Source of the DNA: a virus
IMG/VR virus record: IMGVR_UViG_3300037483_001170
Location: 1 to 64,000 of that record
Length of the DNA: 64,000 nt
Direction: 5' to 3' (one strand)
Of this stretch, positions 10,028 to 20,156 are shown piece after piece; the stretch's first letter is position 1, and each line of letters opens with the position of its first letter. The translations under genes and the position numbers were made by a program. The notes under the pieces are model-generated. The model saw only the letters and a program-made list of their open reading frames with translations. It searched no databases and had not been told where the DNA came from.

Positions 10028-10446
10028 CGGTGAGCAAGTTCCCGTCACCGAATGCCTGCCCGATTCGCGAGCGCACCGGCGACGGCCGCCCGGTCGGTCG
10101 CTGCTGGTACCACTGCCCAGGCGATGTCTGCCCGCGGCACGGCGACGTGAGCGGACCGCTGACCGAGTACCGGGCAACCGGGCGTCTCACCGACGAAAAC
10201 GATCTCCCGCAGCGCATGAAGGGTGAAACGATGACGATGACGCCCCGCAAGCTGGAACCGGCCGATCCGCACACGAAGCGGAACGTGCTCCGCTGGTTCA
10301 AGACCATCCCAGACCTGGAGAGGGTCGAAATCCTACGCACCCTGACGAAGGAGCTGGGCGGCCGGCTGCTCGAACCGGACGTGCTGGAAGAGCTGGGCCA
10401 CCTCGGCGACGACGTCGCAGACACGATCGAACGACGGCAGACGTGA
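10024..10446 (+). CDS. Hypothetical protein
   Basis: ATGA overlap. Confidence 0.65.
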   Translation: MTVSKFPSPNACPIRERTGDGRPVGRCWYHCPGDVCPRHGDVSGPLTEYRATGRLTDENDLPQRMKGETMTMTPRKLEPADPHTKRNVLRWFKTIPDLERVEILRTLTKELGGRLLEPDVLEELGHLGDDVADTIERRQT

Positions 10447-10483
10447 GTCGGACACCGCCGCGACCGGTCGCTACGTTCGCCGC

Positions 10484-10555
10484 TTGACAGCACGCGCAGC
10501 ATAGCTACTATCTACCCGTGAGCCGGCAAACACGCTGGCCCGAGGAGAGCTGACC
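10484..10555 (+). promoter_or_regulatory. Promoter + leader hairpin + SD (P2)
   Basis: TTGACA-16-TACTAT; GCCGGC-AAACAC-GCTGGC; GAGGAG. Confidence 0.85.
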
Positions 10556-11473
10556 ATGTTCGAGAAGACCGCCCCCGTGACTGGAAGCTGGACCAACATC
10601 ATCTCCGCCATCCAGGCGATGGTCGTCGCCGGCCTCTGTCGCGTCGAGACCTGCGACTACAGCGGCGAGCCGTCCGTGCAGATCGTACTCGGCGACGACT
10701 CCGAGGTCCGTGCGTACTACGCGCGGTGCCTGGTCGAGCGCGAGAAGTACCGCGCGCTCGGCGACTTCCGCGGCGCCGATCGCGTGCTCTGCGACTACCA
10801 GGTCCGCGGTGGCACCGTCGGCGAGCGCCCGTACACGCTCAGCACGAACATCTACGGCTGGGCCATGGGCAGTCACCTGCTCTCGAACCTCGGTGGCGGC
10901 AAGTTCGCGATCACCAACCGTGGCGCGACGCTGGAGCAGTGCATCGTCGAGGGCTGCGAGCTGGCGCGCGTCAAGGGCACGACGCTGACCTTCGGCGCGC
11001 TGGGCGACACGCTCGGTGACGCGGTGGCGCTCGTGCGGCTTGCTGGCGGAACCGAAGAGCAGGTCGCCATCGTACTCGCTGGCCCGGCTCGGAAGGCTGC
11101 GCGCGCCGCGGAGAACGCGGCACGCCAGGCCGAGTACGCCGCGCGCCAGAAGGAGCTGGAGGCGGCGCGCGTGACGTGCCTGACGGTCATGGAGGCCGTC
11201 CGCGCTCCGTACCTCACGGGATGGGCCAAGTCGTGTCGCGTGGAGAGCGCCATGATGGGTACCGCGGTGGGCTTCACGCTCCGGGGCAAGACCCACAACC
11301 CGAGCATCACGTGCCAGATTCACGCGGGCGGCTACGTCGTTCGCCGTACCGACTTCGACGGCGTCCGCAAGCACGTCACGATCGTCGGCGAGGGCACGGG
11401 GCTGACCGTCGAGGCCATCTCGAACGCGCTGCGCGAGGCGTGGCAGACGATGAGCGCGGAGCGGGCGTCGTGA
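10556..11473 (+). CDS. Hypothetical protein
   Basis: 305-aa ORF after P2. Confidence 0.8.
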   Translation: MFEKTAPVTGSWTNIISAIQAMVVAGLCRVETCDYSGEPSVQIVLGDDSEVRAYYARCLVEREKYRALGDFRGADRVLCDYQVRGGTVGERPYTLSTNIYGWAMGSHLLSNLGGGKFAITNRGATLEQCIVEGCELARVKGTTLTFGALGDTLGDAVALVRLAGGTEEQVAIVLAGPARKAARAAENAARQAEYAARQKELEAARVTCLTVMEAVRAPYLTGWAKSCRVESAMMGTAVGFTLRGKTHNPSITCQIHAGGYVVRRTDFDGVRKHVTIVGEGTGLTVEAISNALREAWQTMSAERAS

Positions 11474-11805
11474 GCGCGTTCATGGTGCCGTACTACACGC
11501 GCAAGGCGTTCCTCACGTGCGAGGACGAGCGCGGCGAAGGGCAGGCCATGCCGGCGGACGTCATGTCGCGCGAGGCGTTCGCCGCGGAGTGCGGCATCGT
11601 CGCAGACGACGTCGAGGTCATCGAGGGGAAGTGGTGGTCGCGCCTGAGCGCGCCGGGATACATGGACTGCACCAACTGGCATGGGCCGTTCGACACGGAG
11701 CAGAGCGCGAAGGATGCGCTCGCGAAGTGGTACGACGTCGATCCGGAGACAGGCGAAGACATCGAGGACGAGACGATCGACACCGCGCCGGAGGCAAACC
11801 GATGA
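11470..11805 (+). CDS. Hypothetical acidic phage protein
   Basis: GTGA overlap; WWSRLSAPGYMDCT.W.GP motif. Confidence 0.7.
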   Translation: MSAFMVPYYTRKAFLTCEDERGEGQAMPADVMSREAFAAECGIVADDVEVIEGKWWSRLSAPGYMDCTNWHGPFDTEQSAKDALAKWYDVDPETGEDIEDETIDTAPEANR

Positions 11806-12101
11806 AGTACGCAGAAAAGCAGATGCTCCACTCCGCGCTCCAGGCTCTGTATCGGCATGCAGAAATCGTTTCCGGAGCCTACAAACATCGCCGTACGCAG
11901 CGCGGCGTGGAACCGGAGAATTACGAGAAGTACGTGCAGCTCGGCCTGCTGACCGACGAGTCCGTCAGGGAAGCGCGTGAGCACGGCACCTTCCCGTTCC
12001 GCGATCTGAGCGACGACGAGAAGCTCGACGACGCCCTGGGCATCATGCAACGACACATCGCGACCGTCCGTGAGTGCATGGATCACGAGGACAAGCCGTG
12101 A
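11802..12101 (+). CDS. Hypothetical protein
   Basis: GGAGG SD; ATGA overlap. Confidence 0.7.
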   Translation: MKYAEKQMLHSALQALYRHAEIVSGAYKHRRTQRGVEPENYEKYVQLGLLTDESVREAREHGTFPFRDLSDDEKLDDALGIMQRHIATVRECMDHEDKP

Positions 12102-12574
12102 GCATCGAGATCATCCGCAAGCGAGAGCGTCGCGAGGAGACGATCTACCAGCTGGTGTTCGACGGTGTTGCCGACCGGGGACGCGGCTTCGCCTTCCCGT
12201 GCGACGCAGAGGGCAACGTCGATCTCAGCGTACTCCAACCTGCCGCCCGCAAGGCGTACGACGAGCTGACGGCAACCGGCGCCGCGAACGTCTTCGACGA
12301 CTCCAGGCGCTGCCTGGTGACCGTGCAGCACCACCCGCCGCGCGTGCACACGTTCACACGCGGATGGACGGAAGAGGCGATCGGTCGCTGCCAGTGCGGG
12401 CGCAAGATCGGCCTCGGGCGCTTCACGAACACGTGCGAGTGCGGTCGCGACTACAACGGCTCCGGCTCGCTGCTCGCCCCATGCGAATTCTGGGGGGAGG
12501 ATACGAACGAGACTGTCGACGACATCCTGTCGGTCGACAGCGCGAGCGTCGAAGACCTACTGGGCGGTGACTAG
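12098..12574 (+). CDS. Hypothetical Zn-finger protein
   Basis: CQCG...CECG; GTGA overlap. Confidence 0.7.
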   Translation: MSIEIIRKRERREETIYQLVFDGVADRGRGFAFPCDAEGNVDLSVLQPAARKAYDELTATGAANVFDDSRRCLVTVQHHPPRVHTFTRGWTEEAIGRCQCGRKIGLGRFTNTCECGRDYNGSGSLLAPCEFWGEDTNETVDDILSVDSASVEDLLGGD

Positions 12575-13127
12575 CATGGCGTTCGGCGGCGATGGCATCG
12601 GCATCCTCGACGAAGGCCTCTGCGGACCCATCACGTCGCTCGGCGAGCGCTGCGCTACGCTGCTGCGCCTGCTTGACCAGGACGAGGCGCTGGAAGCAGG
12701 CGCCTACGGGTCGGACGACGAACGCGGCTACGTCGAGGCAGCCCTACACGAGATCGCGCACGTGGTCGTTCTGCGACGGGGCATCCGCGCTGCTCTCCGG
12801 CGACCGCCCGTCAACCAGTCCGTCGGCGAGATCGTGCCGCAGTTTCCAGGATGGCGAACCCTGGCGGACGAGCCGCTCGTCCGCCGCGTCACAGGCATCG
12901 CCAACGAGCACGAGATCGAGACCATCGCGGTAGAGGTGATCGCCGCAGCGCGCGCCGGTACGCCGCTGATGGCACACGACATCGCCGTGTTCGCCGTCGA
13001 TGGCGAGAACGTCCGAGACCTGGGCAACGCGGACGCGGTCACCAAGCTCATCCACGCCGCCATGAAAGAACCGCGCGTCCGCCGCTGGGGCCGCGGCCTC
13101 GGCGACTACCTGACGCGCGGCGCTTGA
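12567..13127 (+). CDS. Putative HExxH metallopeptidase-like protein
   Basis: ALHEIAH plus downstream EHE. Confidence 0.5.
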   Translation: MTSMAFGGDGIGILDEGLCGPITSLGERCATLLRLLDQDEALEAGAYGSDDERGYVEAALHEIAHVVVLRRGIRAALRRPPVNQSVGEIVPQFPGWRTLADEPLVRRVTGIANEHEIETIAVEVIAAARAGTPLMAHDIAVFAVDGENVRDLGNADAVTKLIHAAMKEPRVRRWGRGLGDYLTRGA

Positions 13128-13194
13128 CAGTGCGCGGCCGATGGATACACTGCCAAGCAGAGCCTGCCGCACATGGCGGGCCGGGGAGATCGAG
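13124..13194 (+). promoter_or_regulatory. Promoter + leader hairpin + SD (P3)
   Basis: TTGACA-16-TACACT; GCCTGCC-GCACAT-GGCGGGC; GGGGAG. Confidence 0.8.
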
Positions 13195-13968
13195 ATGACC
13201 GAAACGCTCGCACAGCAGATCAGCCGTAAGCTCGCGGACAAGATCGTCGAAGAGAACGCCGCGCTCGGCGAGTTCTCGTTCCGCCTCGGGCCCGCGAAGC
13301 TGCCGGGTCAGGATGCGCACGTGATCGCGCAGGTCGCGTACATGCGTACCGGCAACCCGCTGCCGCACTTCTCGATCGTGGGCCGCGTCTATCGCACGAA
13401 TGATGTTGTCGCGGTTCGCGGCGTGCTGTCGTCGGACGCGTCGCCGATCAAGGTCGACGGTCGCACGTTCTGGCTCAGCGAGTGTGGTCAGTGTACCGAG
13501 GCTATCGTCGCCGCGTTCCCTGTGCTCGCACCGTTCATGCAGTGGCACCTGTGTGCGGCCGATGGTCCGCTGCACTACGTGTCGAACGCCGTCTACTGGG
13601 CGCAGGCCATCTACGGCGTCTCCGAGTACCCGCAGCGCGGCGGTTCCGCCAACGCGAACGACTGCTTCAACGGAACGGTCGTTCTCGGCGCGGCGACCAG
13701 CAAGGACCATCCGGACAAGATGCCGCACGTCGGCCTCGACTACCTAGAGACTGACGCGGGCGTTCAGCGTGCGCACATCCGGCGCCACATCACTGCGTGG
13801 TGCGAGGAGCGCCGCGGACGGCTGCTCTTCGCCTTCCAGCGCGCCATGGCCGCGGTCATGGAGCTGGATCCGAACCGCGAGGGGCTGCCCGGCGATCTGG
13901 ACTCCAACCCGCACGACGTCGCCGATGCGGCGACGCGACGCGCGATGCGGCTGGAGCGGAAGTCGTGA
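13195..13968 (+). CDS. Hypothetical protein
   Basis: Start set from the P3 SD (MTETLAQ). Confidence 0.75.
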   Translation: MTETLAQQISRKLADKIVEENAALGEFSFRLGPAKLPGQDAHVIAQVAYMRTGNPLPHFSIVGRVYRTNDVVAVRGVLSSDASPIKVDGRTFWLSECGQCTEAIVAAFPVLAPFMQWHLCAADGPLHYVSNAVYWAQAIYGVSEYPQRGGSANANDCFNGTVVLGAATSKDHPDKMPHVGLDYLETDAGVQRAHIRRHITAWCEERRGRLLFAFQRAMAAVMELDPNREGLPGDLDSNPHDVADAATRRAMRLERKS

Positions 13969-14576
13969 TCGTCATCGAGAAGCGCAATGGCTGGCGCGTC
14001 GTGGTCGCAAAGCTCCGCAAAGATGCGCACGACGGCAGTGTAACCGGCGGCTATCTCGCAACCGTCGAGAAGGGCGCAAGCAATCTCGTTGCGACTTTCC
14101 GGCTGGAGCACGACTCCAGTCCGGCCACGTATCGTGGTCAGTGGAAGGGCCAGAATCGCTGGTACGCGACGCAGGTCCAGGGCGACAAGATCGATGAAGA
14201 CCGGGCCAACGACTCCCGGAAAGACACGCTCCGCGCGCTCGCGGAAGCCGTACTCCGTGCCTGCATGCAGGTCGAGGTCGAGCGCGAGCACGAAGCGCAA
14301 CGCGTCGCGAAGGAAGCCGCAGAACGCGCCGCCGAGGAGGCTGCTGCGCGCGCGGCGGTCGAGGCGCTGCGCACTCGCTTCGGTGTCGACGGTCGCGAGA
14401 ACGCTTGGACTGAGCTGAAGCGGCTGACCGCCACGGCCAAGTCGTGGCAGAACGCGGCCGACCATCTGGCAGATCTCCTGTCGCTGGCAGACCCGAAGCG
14501 CTTCGAGCACTGGTCCATCGTGCAAGACTTCAGTCTGCCCACGCCACAGCAAGGGGAAGAGGGGACCGTCCGATGA
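13965..14576 (+). CDS. Hypothetical protein
   Basis: GTGA overlap. Confidence 0.7.
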   Translation: MIVIEKRNGWRVVVAKLRKDAHDGSVTGGYLATVEKGASNLVATFRLEHDSSPATYRGQWKGQNRWYATQVQGDKIDEDRANDSRKDTLRALAEAVLRACMQVEVEREHEAQRVAKEAAERAAEEAAARAAVEALRTRFGVDGRENAWTELKRLTATAKSWQNAADHLADLLSLADPKRFEHWSIVQDFSLPTPQQGEEGTVR

Positions 14577-14950
14577 CACGCTGGAAGGAAGGAAACGCGG
14601 TTCCGATTCGCATCACCGGTATCGTGCGCTCGGTGAGCCACGACGGTACGCGCATCGGCATCGAGTGGCCTGAGCCGCTTATGGGTCAGACGGTCCACGC
14701 TGCACACGGAAAGAGCCCGGGAGGCGCCACGCACGCAAGCATCGACTCGGCCGTCGATGTCGCGGAGCCGTCCATGGAGCTGCTCAAGCACGTGGTGAAC
14801 GTCGCGATCCGTGACCGAGAAGCGGTCGAGGCGGCCGCGCAAACGCGATCATCGGCGCCGCCGAGCACACAAGAGCGCGCGAAGGTCGCGCTCGATCGCC
14901 GGATCGTCATCGTCATCGGCGATGCGCTGGCCGAATGGAGCAGGCGATGA
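14573..14950 (+). CDS. Hypothetical protein
   Basis: ATGA overlaps at both ends. Confidence 0.65.
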   Translation: MTRWKEGNAVPIRITGIVRSVSHDGTRIGIEWPEPLMGQTVHAAHGKSPGGATHASIDSAVDVAEPSMELLKHVVNVAIRDREAVEAAAQTRSSAPPSTQERAKVALDRRIVIVIGDALAEWSRR

Positions 14951-16443
14951 AGCTGCGCGCGAGGTCGGCGGACGAGACCACGGAGATCGTCCACTTCAGC
15001 ATCACGGGCGACGCGTACACGACCATCGCGCGTGACTTCCTCCTGTCCGAGCGGCCCGCACAGGCGTACCGCCTGCTCGCTGACTATCTGAAGGGCGGCG
15101 CTCCAGGCGAGGCTCAGACGATCGCGCCTGAAGTTCTCGACGGCAAGCGCAAGCTCACCGGCGACTCTACGAAGGGCATCGGCCACGCCGTCGATCGCGG
15201 CTCGGCCGGATACCGCAAGACGCTGCGCTACATCTACGCGGGCCGCATTCGAATCGGCAACACGTGGTGGCGGCCGAGCGCACGCGTCGCCACGTTCGGG
15301 CCCGATGACGCGCGCTGGGCAAGTCGTGAATATGGCTGCAAGGGCTGCCCGGTAGACGCCGAAGGAAAGCGCGCGTGGGGCAAGCTCCGTGTCCAGTACT
15401 ACGTGGAGGGTACGCCCAACAAGCTGGTCGCTGTGCGAGCCGACCGTACCAAGAACGAGTCGCCGTTCATCATCTTCGAGCCCTGCGGGGAACCGCCGTT
15501 CTGGTGGCAGGAGCACCGCGACTCCGATGCCGCGCTCGCTGACTTCCTGGCCGCCGGTCGTCGACTGGGCGAGATCCGCGCGGAGCAGGCCGACAGCGAC
15601 GAGCGCGAGGGCATGCGCGGCCGAGAGGCGCCGTTCGCTTCCCTCCGTGCCCAGCGCATCGCGCGCGAGGAAGCAGAGGCTGAGCGAGAGTTCGAAGAAG
15701 AAGAGGATCGTGCCCGTGAGGCCGCGTACCGCGCGCGGCTCGTCGAGCTTCGCGAGCAGGTACTCGCCCAAGCCAACGGCGACATGGTTGAGCTGGAACT
15801 GACCGACGACGACCTCAGGTCATGGCGCGAGACGGAAGCGCTGTACGACGACGACGGCGACCCGAACGCCCCGAAGCGACCGAAGTTCAAGGCGGGCGAC
15901 AAGTTCCAAGTGCCACGTGCGCCCTTCATGAACTGGGCACTTCGCCGAACCTCTCTCGCTCATCTGGCGCCGAAGTGGGAGATGGTGTCCGACCCGGACA
16001 TGAAGATGTTCAACGACGACCGGTATCACACCGACTGGATGCTCGGAGCGGGCGTGGGCCTCACGTCGTCGTTCAGCTCTCCGATCATCCAAGCTGCACA
16101 CCGCAAGGGCAGCGAGATTCAAGAGGAAGTCGGTGGCTTCCAGGCCCACGTGCTCGTCGGTGGCCCGAGCTTCGACGGCACAGTCGGCACGGTCGATACC
16201 GCGGGCGCGATCATGGTGCTGAAAGATCTCCGCAACTCGCCAGCCAACAACAAGGCGATGGCCAACGCTCGCGCCATCATCACCGAGAACGGTGGCGAGC
16301 TGGCCCACCTCGCGATCGTCGGCCGCGAGACCGGCATCCCCGTCCTGCGCGTCCCCGATGCGCTCACGCGCTTCCCGGTTGGCTGCCGGCTGCGCGTGCA
16401 ACCCGACGTCGGCAAGATCGAAGTCGCCATCCGCTTGTGCTGA
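14947..16443 (+). CDS. Protein with C-terminal PEP-utilising swivelling phosphohistidine domain
   Basis: AIITENGGELAHLAIVGRETGIPV motif. Confidence 0.85.
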   Translation: MKLRARSADETTEIVHFSITGDAYTTIARDFLLSERPAQAYRLLADYLKGGAPGEAQTIAPEVLDGKRKLTGDSTKGIGHAVDRGSAGYRKTLRYIYAGRIRIGNTWWRPSARVATFGPDDARWASREYGCKGCPVDAEGKRAWGKLRVQYYVEGTPNKLVAVRADRTKNESPFIIFEPCGEPPFWWQEHRDSDAALADFLAAGRRLGEIRAEQADSDEREGMRGREAPFASLRAQRIAREEAEAEREFEEEEDRAREAAYRARLVELREQVLAQANGDMVELELTDDDLRSWRETEALYDDDGDPNAPKRPKFKAGDKFQVPRAPFMNWALRRTSLAHLAPKWEMVSDPDMKMFNDDRYHTDWMLGAGVGLTSSFSSPIIQAAHRKGSEIQEEVGGFQAHVLVGGPSFDGTVGTVDTAGAIMVLKDLRNSPANNKAMANARAIITENGGELAHLAIVGRETGIPVLRVPDALTRFPVGCRLRVQPDVGKIEVAIRLC

Positions 16444-16449
16444 CGCATC

Positions 16450-17283
16450 ATGACTGAACACGAAGCGGTACCACTGTGGATGGCCACGGATGCCAGCCGT
16501 TACGGCGGCAAGGCCGCCGCGCTCGCGCGCGCCATCGAACGCGGGCTGCCGGTGCCAGGCGGCTTCGCGCTCGACTACGAAACCGTCCGTCACGTGCGAG
16601 TGTTTGCGGACCTGGCGCCGCGCAAGGCGCTCGCCGCCACCATTGCGGCGCGCATGCCAGCCGAACTCGCCGTACGATCCTCCGCCGTGGGCGAAGATGG
16701 ACTCGATGCGAGCTTCGCCGGGCAGCACCACACGTGTCTGAACGTGAAGGGTGTTGAGCAGCTCCTTACGGCGTTCGCCGAGGTCGAGGCGTCCGGTCAC
16801 ATGCAGAGCGTTCAGGCGTATCGCAGACGGATGGGGCTGCCGAACGAGGTCCGCATGGGCATCGTCGTGCAACGCTTCGTGCCTGCCGACATCGCTGGCG
16901 TGATGTTCACCTGCAATCCCGCCACTGGCACAACGAACGGCACCTTCGTAATCGAAGCCGCTCGCGGCCTTGGGGATGCGATCGCTCAAGGACTGACGCT
17001 CGGGGACACAGCACACATCACGTCCGAAGGGCTCGCCATCTCGAACGAAGTCGGCAAGCAGACGACAGACGTGCGGCCAGACCCGCGTGGCGGCGTCACG
17101 GAGAGGACCGTGGTCGCACACGACGAGCCCCTGCTCAGCGCGATGAACCTCATCGACCTGGCTACCCTCGGTCGGAAGTGTCAGGCCCTCTTTGGAGAGG
17201 CGCTCGACATCGAATGGGCCATGCACGACTGCGCGCTACACCTGCTCCAGGTCCGATCCGCCAAACCCTTGTTTTCTCGCTGA
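16450..17283 (+). CDS. PEP synthase/PPDK N-terminal (ATP-grasp) domain protein
   Basis: GGKA, VPGGF, AVRSSAVGED...SFAGQH, AGVMFT.NP, DIEWA, LLQVR. Confidence 0.92.
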   Translation: MTEHEAVPLWMATDASRYGGKAAALARAIERGLPVPGGFALDYETVRHVRVFADLAPRKALAATIAARMPAELAVRSSAVGEDGLDASFAGQHHTCLNVKGVEQLLTAFAEVEASGHMQSVQAYRRRMGLPNEVRMGIVVQRFVPADIAGVMFTCNPATGTTNGTFVIEAARGLGDAIAQGLTLGDTAHITSEGLAISNEVGKQTTDVRPDPRGGVTERTVVAHDEPLLSAMNLIDLATLGRKCQALFGEALDIEWAMHDCALHLLQVRSAKPLFSR

Positions 17284-17307
17284 ATACGGCGATTTCACAC
17301 TAAGCGC

Positions 17308-17381
17308 TTGACAATGGTCGCGCAATGGCTAGAGTGCCGACTGAGCCGGCAAACACGCTGGCCGAGGATGGGCAGGACGCG
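17308..17381 (+). promoter_or_regulatory. Promoter + leader hairpin (P4)
   Basis: TTGACA-16-TAGAGT; GCCGGC-AAACAC-GCTGGC. Confidence 0.85.
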
Positions 17382-17717
17382 ATGATCAAGAGCACCAAGA
17401 ACGCCAAGGCCCCCTCGGAGAAGGGCGTGCGGCCCTCGCCGCTGTCCGCGGCGGAGGAAGAGGCATCCAGCCGCGCGATGCGCATCCGCAGCATCCAGAG
17501 CAGCCACCGTCGCGCGATCGAGGAGGTCACGAACCAGGTGCACTGGCTGCGTCAGCAGTGCGACGATGCCGAGCGGCACCTCGATACCGCCCACACTCCG
17601 GGCAACATCACCGCGACTGCGGGGCGGCTCGATGCTGCGCGCGAGAAGGCGCACGTCCTGCGTCAGACACTCGAAGTGCTCGGCGCGTACGTGGAGCCGG
17701 AGGGCAAGAGCCGATGA
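17382..17717 (+). CDS. Hypothetical protein
   Basis: Start set from P4. Confidence 0.7.
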   Translation: MIKSTKNAKAPSEKGVRPSPLSAAEEEASSRAMRIRSIQSSHRRAIEEVTNQVHWLRQQCDDAERHLDTAHTPGNITATAGRLDAAREKAHVLRQTLEVLGAYVEPEGKSR

Positions 17718-17914
17718 CCGGCGCGGCCGTATCGCAGCCAGTGGCATGCGGAGCTTGCGTTCATCGCGTGCTGGTCACCAGCATGCGTGTGGACCCGAAG
17801 TATCCGCTGCACCAGTGTGCGAGATTCACGAGGCTGCGGCTCGTGGGCGCGGGCGACTTGCCCGTGGACTGTCCGGGCGGCAAGCAGAAGACGCACAAGA
17901 AGGCCGGACGCTGA
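17714..17914 (+). CDS. Small hypothetical Cys-rich protein
   Basis: ATGA overlap. Confidence 0.55.
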   Translation: MTGAAVSQPVACGACVHRVLVTSMRVDPKYPLHQCARFTRLRLVGAGDLPVDCPGGKQKTHKKAGR

Positions 17915-17915
17915 G

Positions 17916-18260
17916 ATGGGACGCCAGATCGACATCGTGGACCACGAGTTCATCGCCAAGGACGGAACGCGCGCGATCATCGACCTGATCGTGTACGTCG
18001 ACGGTGTGTGGGACTACAGGGGCGCTGACTTCAATCCGTACTACACGGAGACCTACTGGGAGATCGAGCCATACGCCACCGAGGTGTTCCCGTGCGTCTG
18101 GAGCGCCTGGGGTCGGGCCTGTTACCCGGAGAAGCCGCTCGATGACGGGCCAGACAAGGTCGCGTGGCTCGCGCGGTACAACGACGAGCTGATCGAGATC
18201 GCCAGAGATCACGATCAGGCCGAGCACGAGCGCGCTGACGAGCGGAGGGCGGAGCGATGA
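17916..18260 (+). CDS. Hypothetical protein
   Basis: Coupled ORF. Confidence 0.7.
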   Translation: MGRQIDIVDHEFIAKDGTRAIIDLIVYVDGVWDYRGADFNPYYTETYWEIEPYATEVFPCVWSAWGRACYPEKPLDDGPDKVAWLARYNDELIEIARDHDQAEHERADERRAER

Positions 18261-18472
18261 ACGGTCAGGAACACGCGCACGCATGGCAGCCCATCGACGG
18301 CGCGCGAGGACGCTACGCGTGCCTGTGCGGTGCCACGGGCTTCCGGAAGGGCGCTGACATCCAGCCACACAAGACGCGGCTGCGCGCGAAGGTGGACCCG
18401 AGTCACGTCGGCGCGAGCAACCTGTCCAATGGCAACGCGCGGCGCGGGCGGCGCAGCCCAGGATCTTGGTGA
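18257..18472 (+). CDS. Small hypothetical protein
   Basis: ATGA overlap with SD. Confidence 0.6.
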   Translation: MNGQEHAHAWQPIDGARGRYACLCGATGFRKGADIQPHKTRLRAKVDPSHVGASNLSNGNARRGRRSPGSW

Positions 18473-18476
18473 GACG

Positions 18477-18752
18477 ATGAGCAGCTGGACCGATGAGACC
18501 GATGAGAGTGATCGCTGCCGATGCGACGTTCGCGGATGCGGCCGTGAAGCGGCCATGGACCATGATCACGATGGCAAGCTCGCTCCGCCCAGCGGCTGGA
18601 CTCGGTACGAACGCAACCGCGCCGCCCGACCTGCGCTCCGTGGCTTCATCATCGTGTGCGACAGGTGTACGGCGCTTGGTGCCGAGCGCCAGGATGGCAT
18701 GAAGCCCAGCCACTTCGTCTTCGAACTGGTTCTGCGAGAGGCTCCACGATGA
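18477..18752 (+). CDS. Hypothetical Zn-finger protein
   Basis: CD..GC...PSGW...CDRC. Confidence 0.6.
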   Translation: MSSWTDETDESDRCRCDVRGCGREAAMDHDHDGKLAPPSGWTRYERNRAARPALRGFIIVCDRCTALGAERQDGMKPSHFVFELVLREAPR

Positions 18753-19099
18753 GCACCCCTACGATCCAAATCGTGCTCGGCATCCTGCCTTCCTGGGGCT
18801 TCAAGCTCGTGGACTGGTCTACGGACAGCGGCGACGACTGCCAGGCCATCCAGGGCCGGCGCCATCTGCTGTTCTGCGACCACTACAGCGGCGGCTGCGA
18901 CTGGATCGTTCAGGGATTCACCGAGTACGACGACGCATCCGTCGGCATCTTCGGCGCCGTGGAACCTGGCCCCATCCTCCATCAGTACGGGGTGAGCGTC
19001 TACGACGCCATGAGTGCCTTCCTTCGGCACGAGGGCGAGATCGCTGCGCAGGAAGCTGCCGAGCGCCTCAGCGAAGCGCTCAGAGAAGAGGAGCCCTAG
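18749..19099 (+). CDS. Hypothetical protein
   Basis: ATGA overlap. Confidence 0.65.
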   Translation: MSTPTIQIVLGILPSWGFKLVDWSTDSGDDCQAIQGRRHLLFCDHYSGGCDWIVQGFTEYDDASVGIFGAVEPGPILHQYGVSVYDAMSAFLRHEGEIAAQEAAERLSEALREEEP

Positions 19100-19624
19100 A
19101 TGCTCGTCGACATCACACCAAATCCATCCTGGCTCGCGCTCCTGAAGCAGCACGGCTACGATGGGCCAGAACGCGTCGCGCCGGGACTCTGGAACTGGCC
19201 CGGGTTCAACGGGCCGAACGAATCGAGCGAGAACGTGGTCTGGTTGCACGAGCTGTGTCTGAACAGCTTCACGGCAGCCGACCTGTACGAGAGCAAGCGC
19301 ACCGTCGACGATCGCCTTCGTCTACTCTCATCCGCCATGCGTGATGGAGAGTGGGCGACGTCGTACGGCGTCTGCGACTCGCTCCCCGAGCTGGTCGCCA
19401 GCGCCCCATACGCACGCCTGCTTGCTCACCCGGAGCGCCGCTTCACCGTCCTCGGCCAGGAGATGCGCAAGGACCGTGAGCAAGACTGCGGATGGCGCTG
19501 GCACAAGCAAGGACCCTACGTGGGAGAGCACGAGCTGGAAGGACACGAGTACTTCCAGGATGAGCCCAAGATCGACGTCGTGTGGTTCTTCAAGATCTTC
19601 GAGCACGTCCGGAGCGCGCCGTGA
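19100..19624 (+). CDS. Hypothetical phage protein
   Basis: YGVCD...GWRWHKQGPYVG motif; GAGGAG SD. Confidence 0.75.
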   Translation: MLVDITPNPSWLALLKQHGYDGPERVAPGLWNWPGFNGPNESSENVVWLHELCLNSFTAADLYESKRTVDDRLRLLSSAMRDGEWATSYGVCDSLPELVASAPYARLLAHPERRFTVLGQEMRKDREQDCGWRWHKQGPYVGEHELEGHEYFQDEPKIDVVWFFKIFEHVRSAP

Positions 19625-19899
19625 CAACGAAGCTCCCGAAGGAAGTTCATCTGGTGCTCAAGGGCGGCCATCCGCTTCACGCTCGCATGGACCGCGAAGA
19701 AGCGCTGGCAGACGCCTACGCGCTCATCAAGAAGGACTACGACTGGATGGTGCGACACGACTGCACCAACGGAGTCGTGCTGCCCACGGACCACGAGCGG
19801 GCGATCGTCAAATGGGGCGGTATCGCGCCCGCGACTTCGCGCATCACGGTCCTGGCGGTGCGCCTGAAGGTCACCCGAAAGCGAGCGGTCAAGACGTGA
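19621..19899 (+). CDS. Hypothetical protein
   Basis: GTGA overlaps. Confidence 0.6.
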   Translation: MTTKLPKEVHLVLKGGHPLHARMDREEALADAYALIKKDYDWMVRHDCTNGVVLPTDHERAIVKWGGIAPATSRITVLAVRLKVTRKRAVKT

Positions 19900-20156
19900 G
19901 CTACCGCGATCCACAGCCGCGCCTCATGCGCCTCTGGTACGTCACCACGGTCGCAGCATCGCAGAGCCTGTCGTCGCTGAACTGGCGCTGGGTAACCGCG
20001 GTAGAAGGGCACCAAGCCATCGAGATCGCCGAAGCCGCGCTGAAGGCTACGACGAGCGGATTCACTCTGCAATCGACCGCGATATGCGGCGACGATTTCG
20101 CCGACGCAGAAGCTCAGATGCTACCCGCCAACACGGAAGCAAAGGCACCGGCGTGA
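19896..20156 (+). CDS. Hypothetical protein
   Basis: GTGA overlaps. Confidence 0.55.
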   Translation: MSYRDPQPRLMRLWYVTTVAASQSLSSLNWRWVTAVEGHQAIEIAEAALKATTSGFTLQSTAICGDDFADAEAQMLPANTEAKAPA

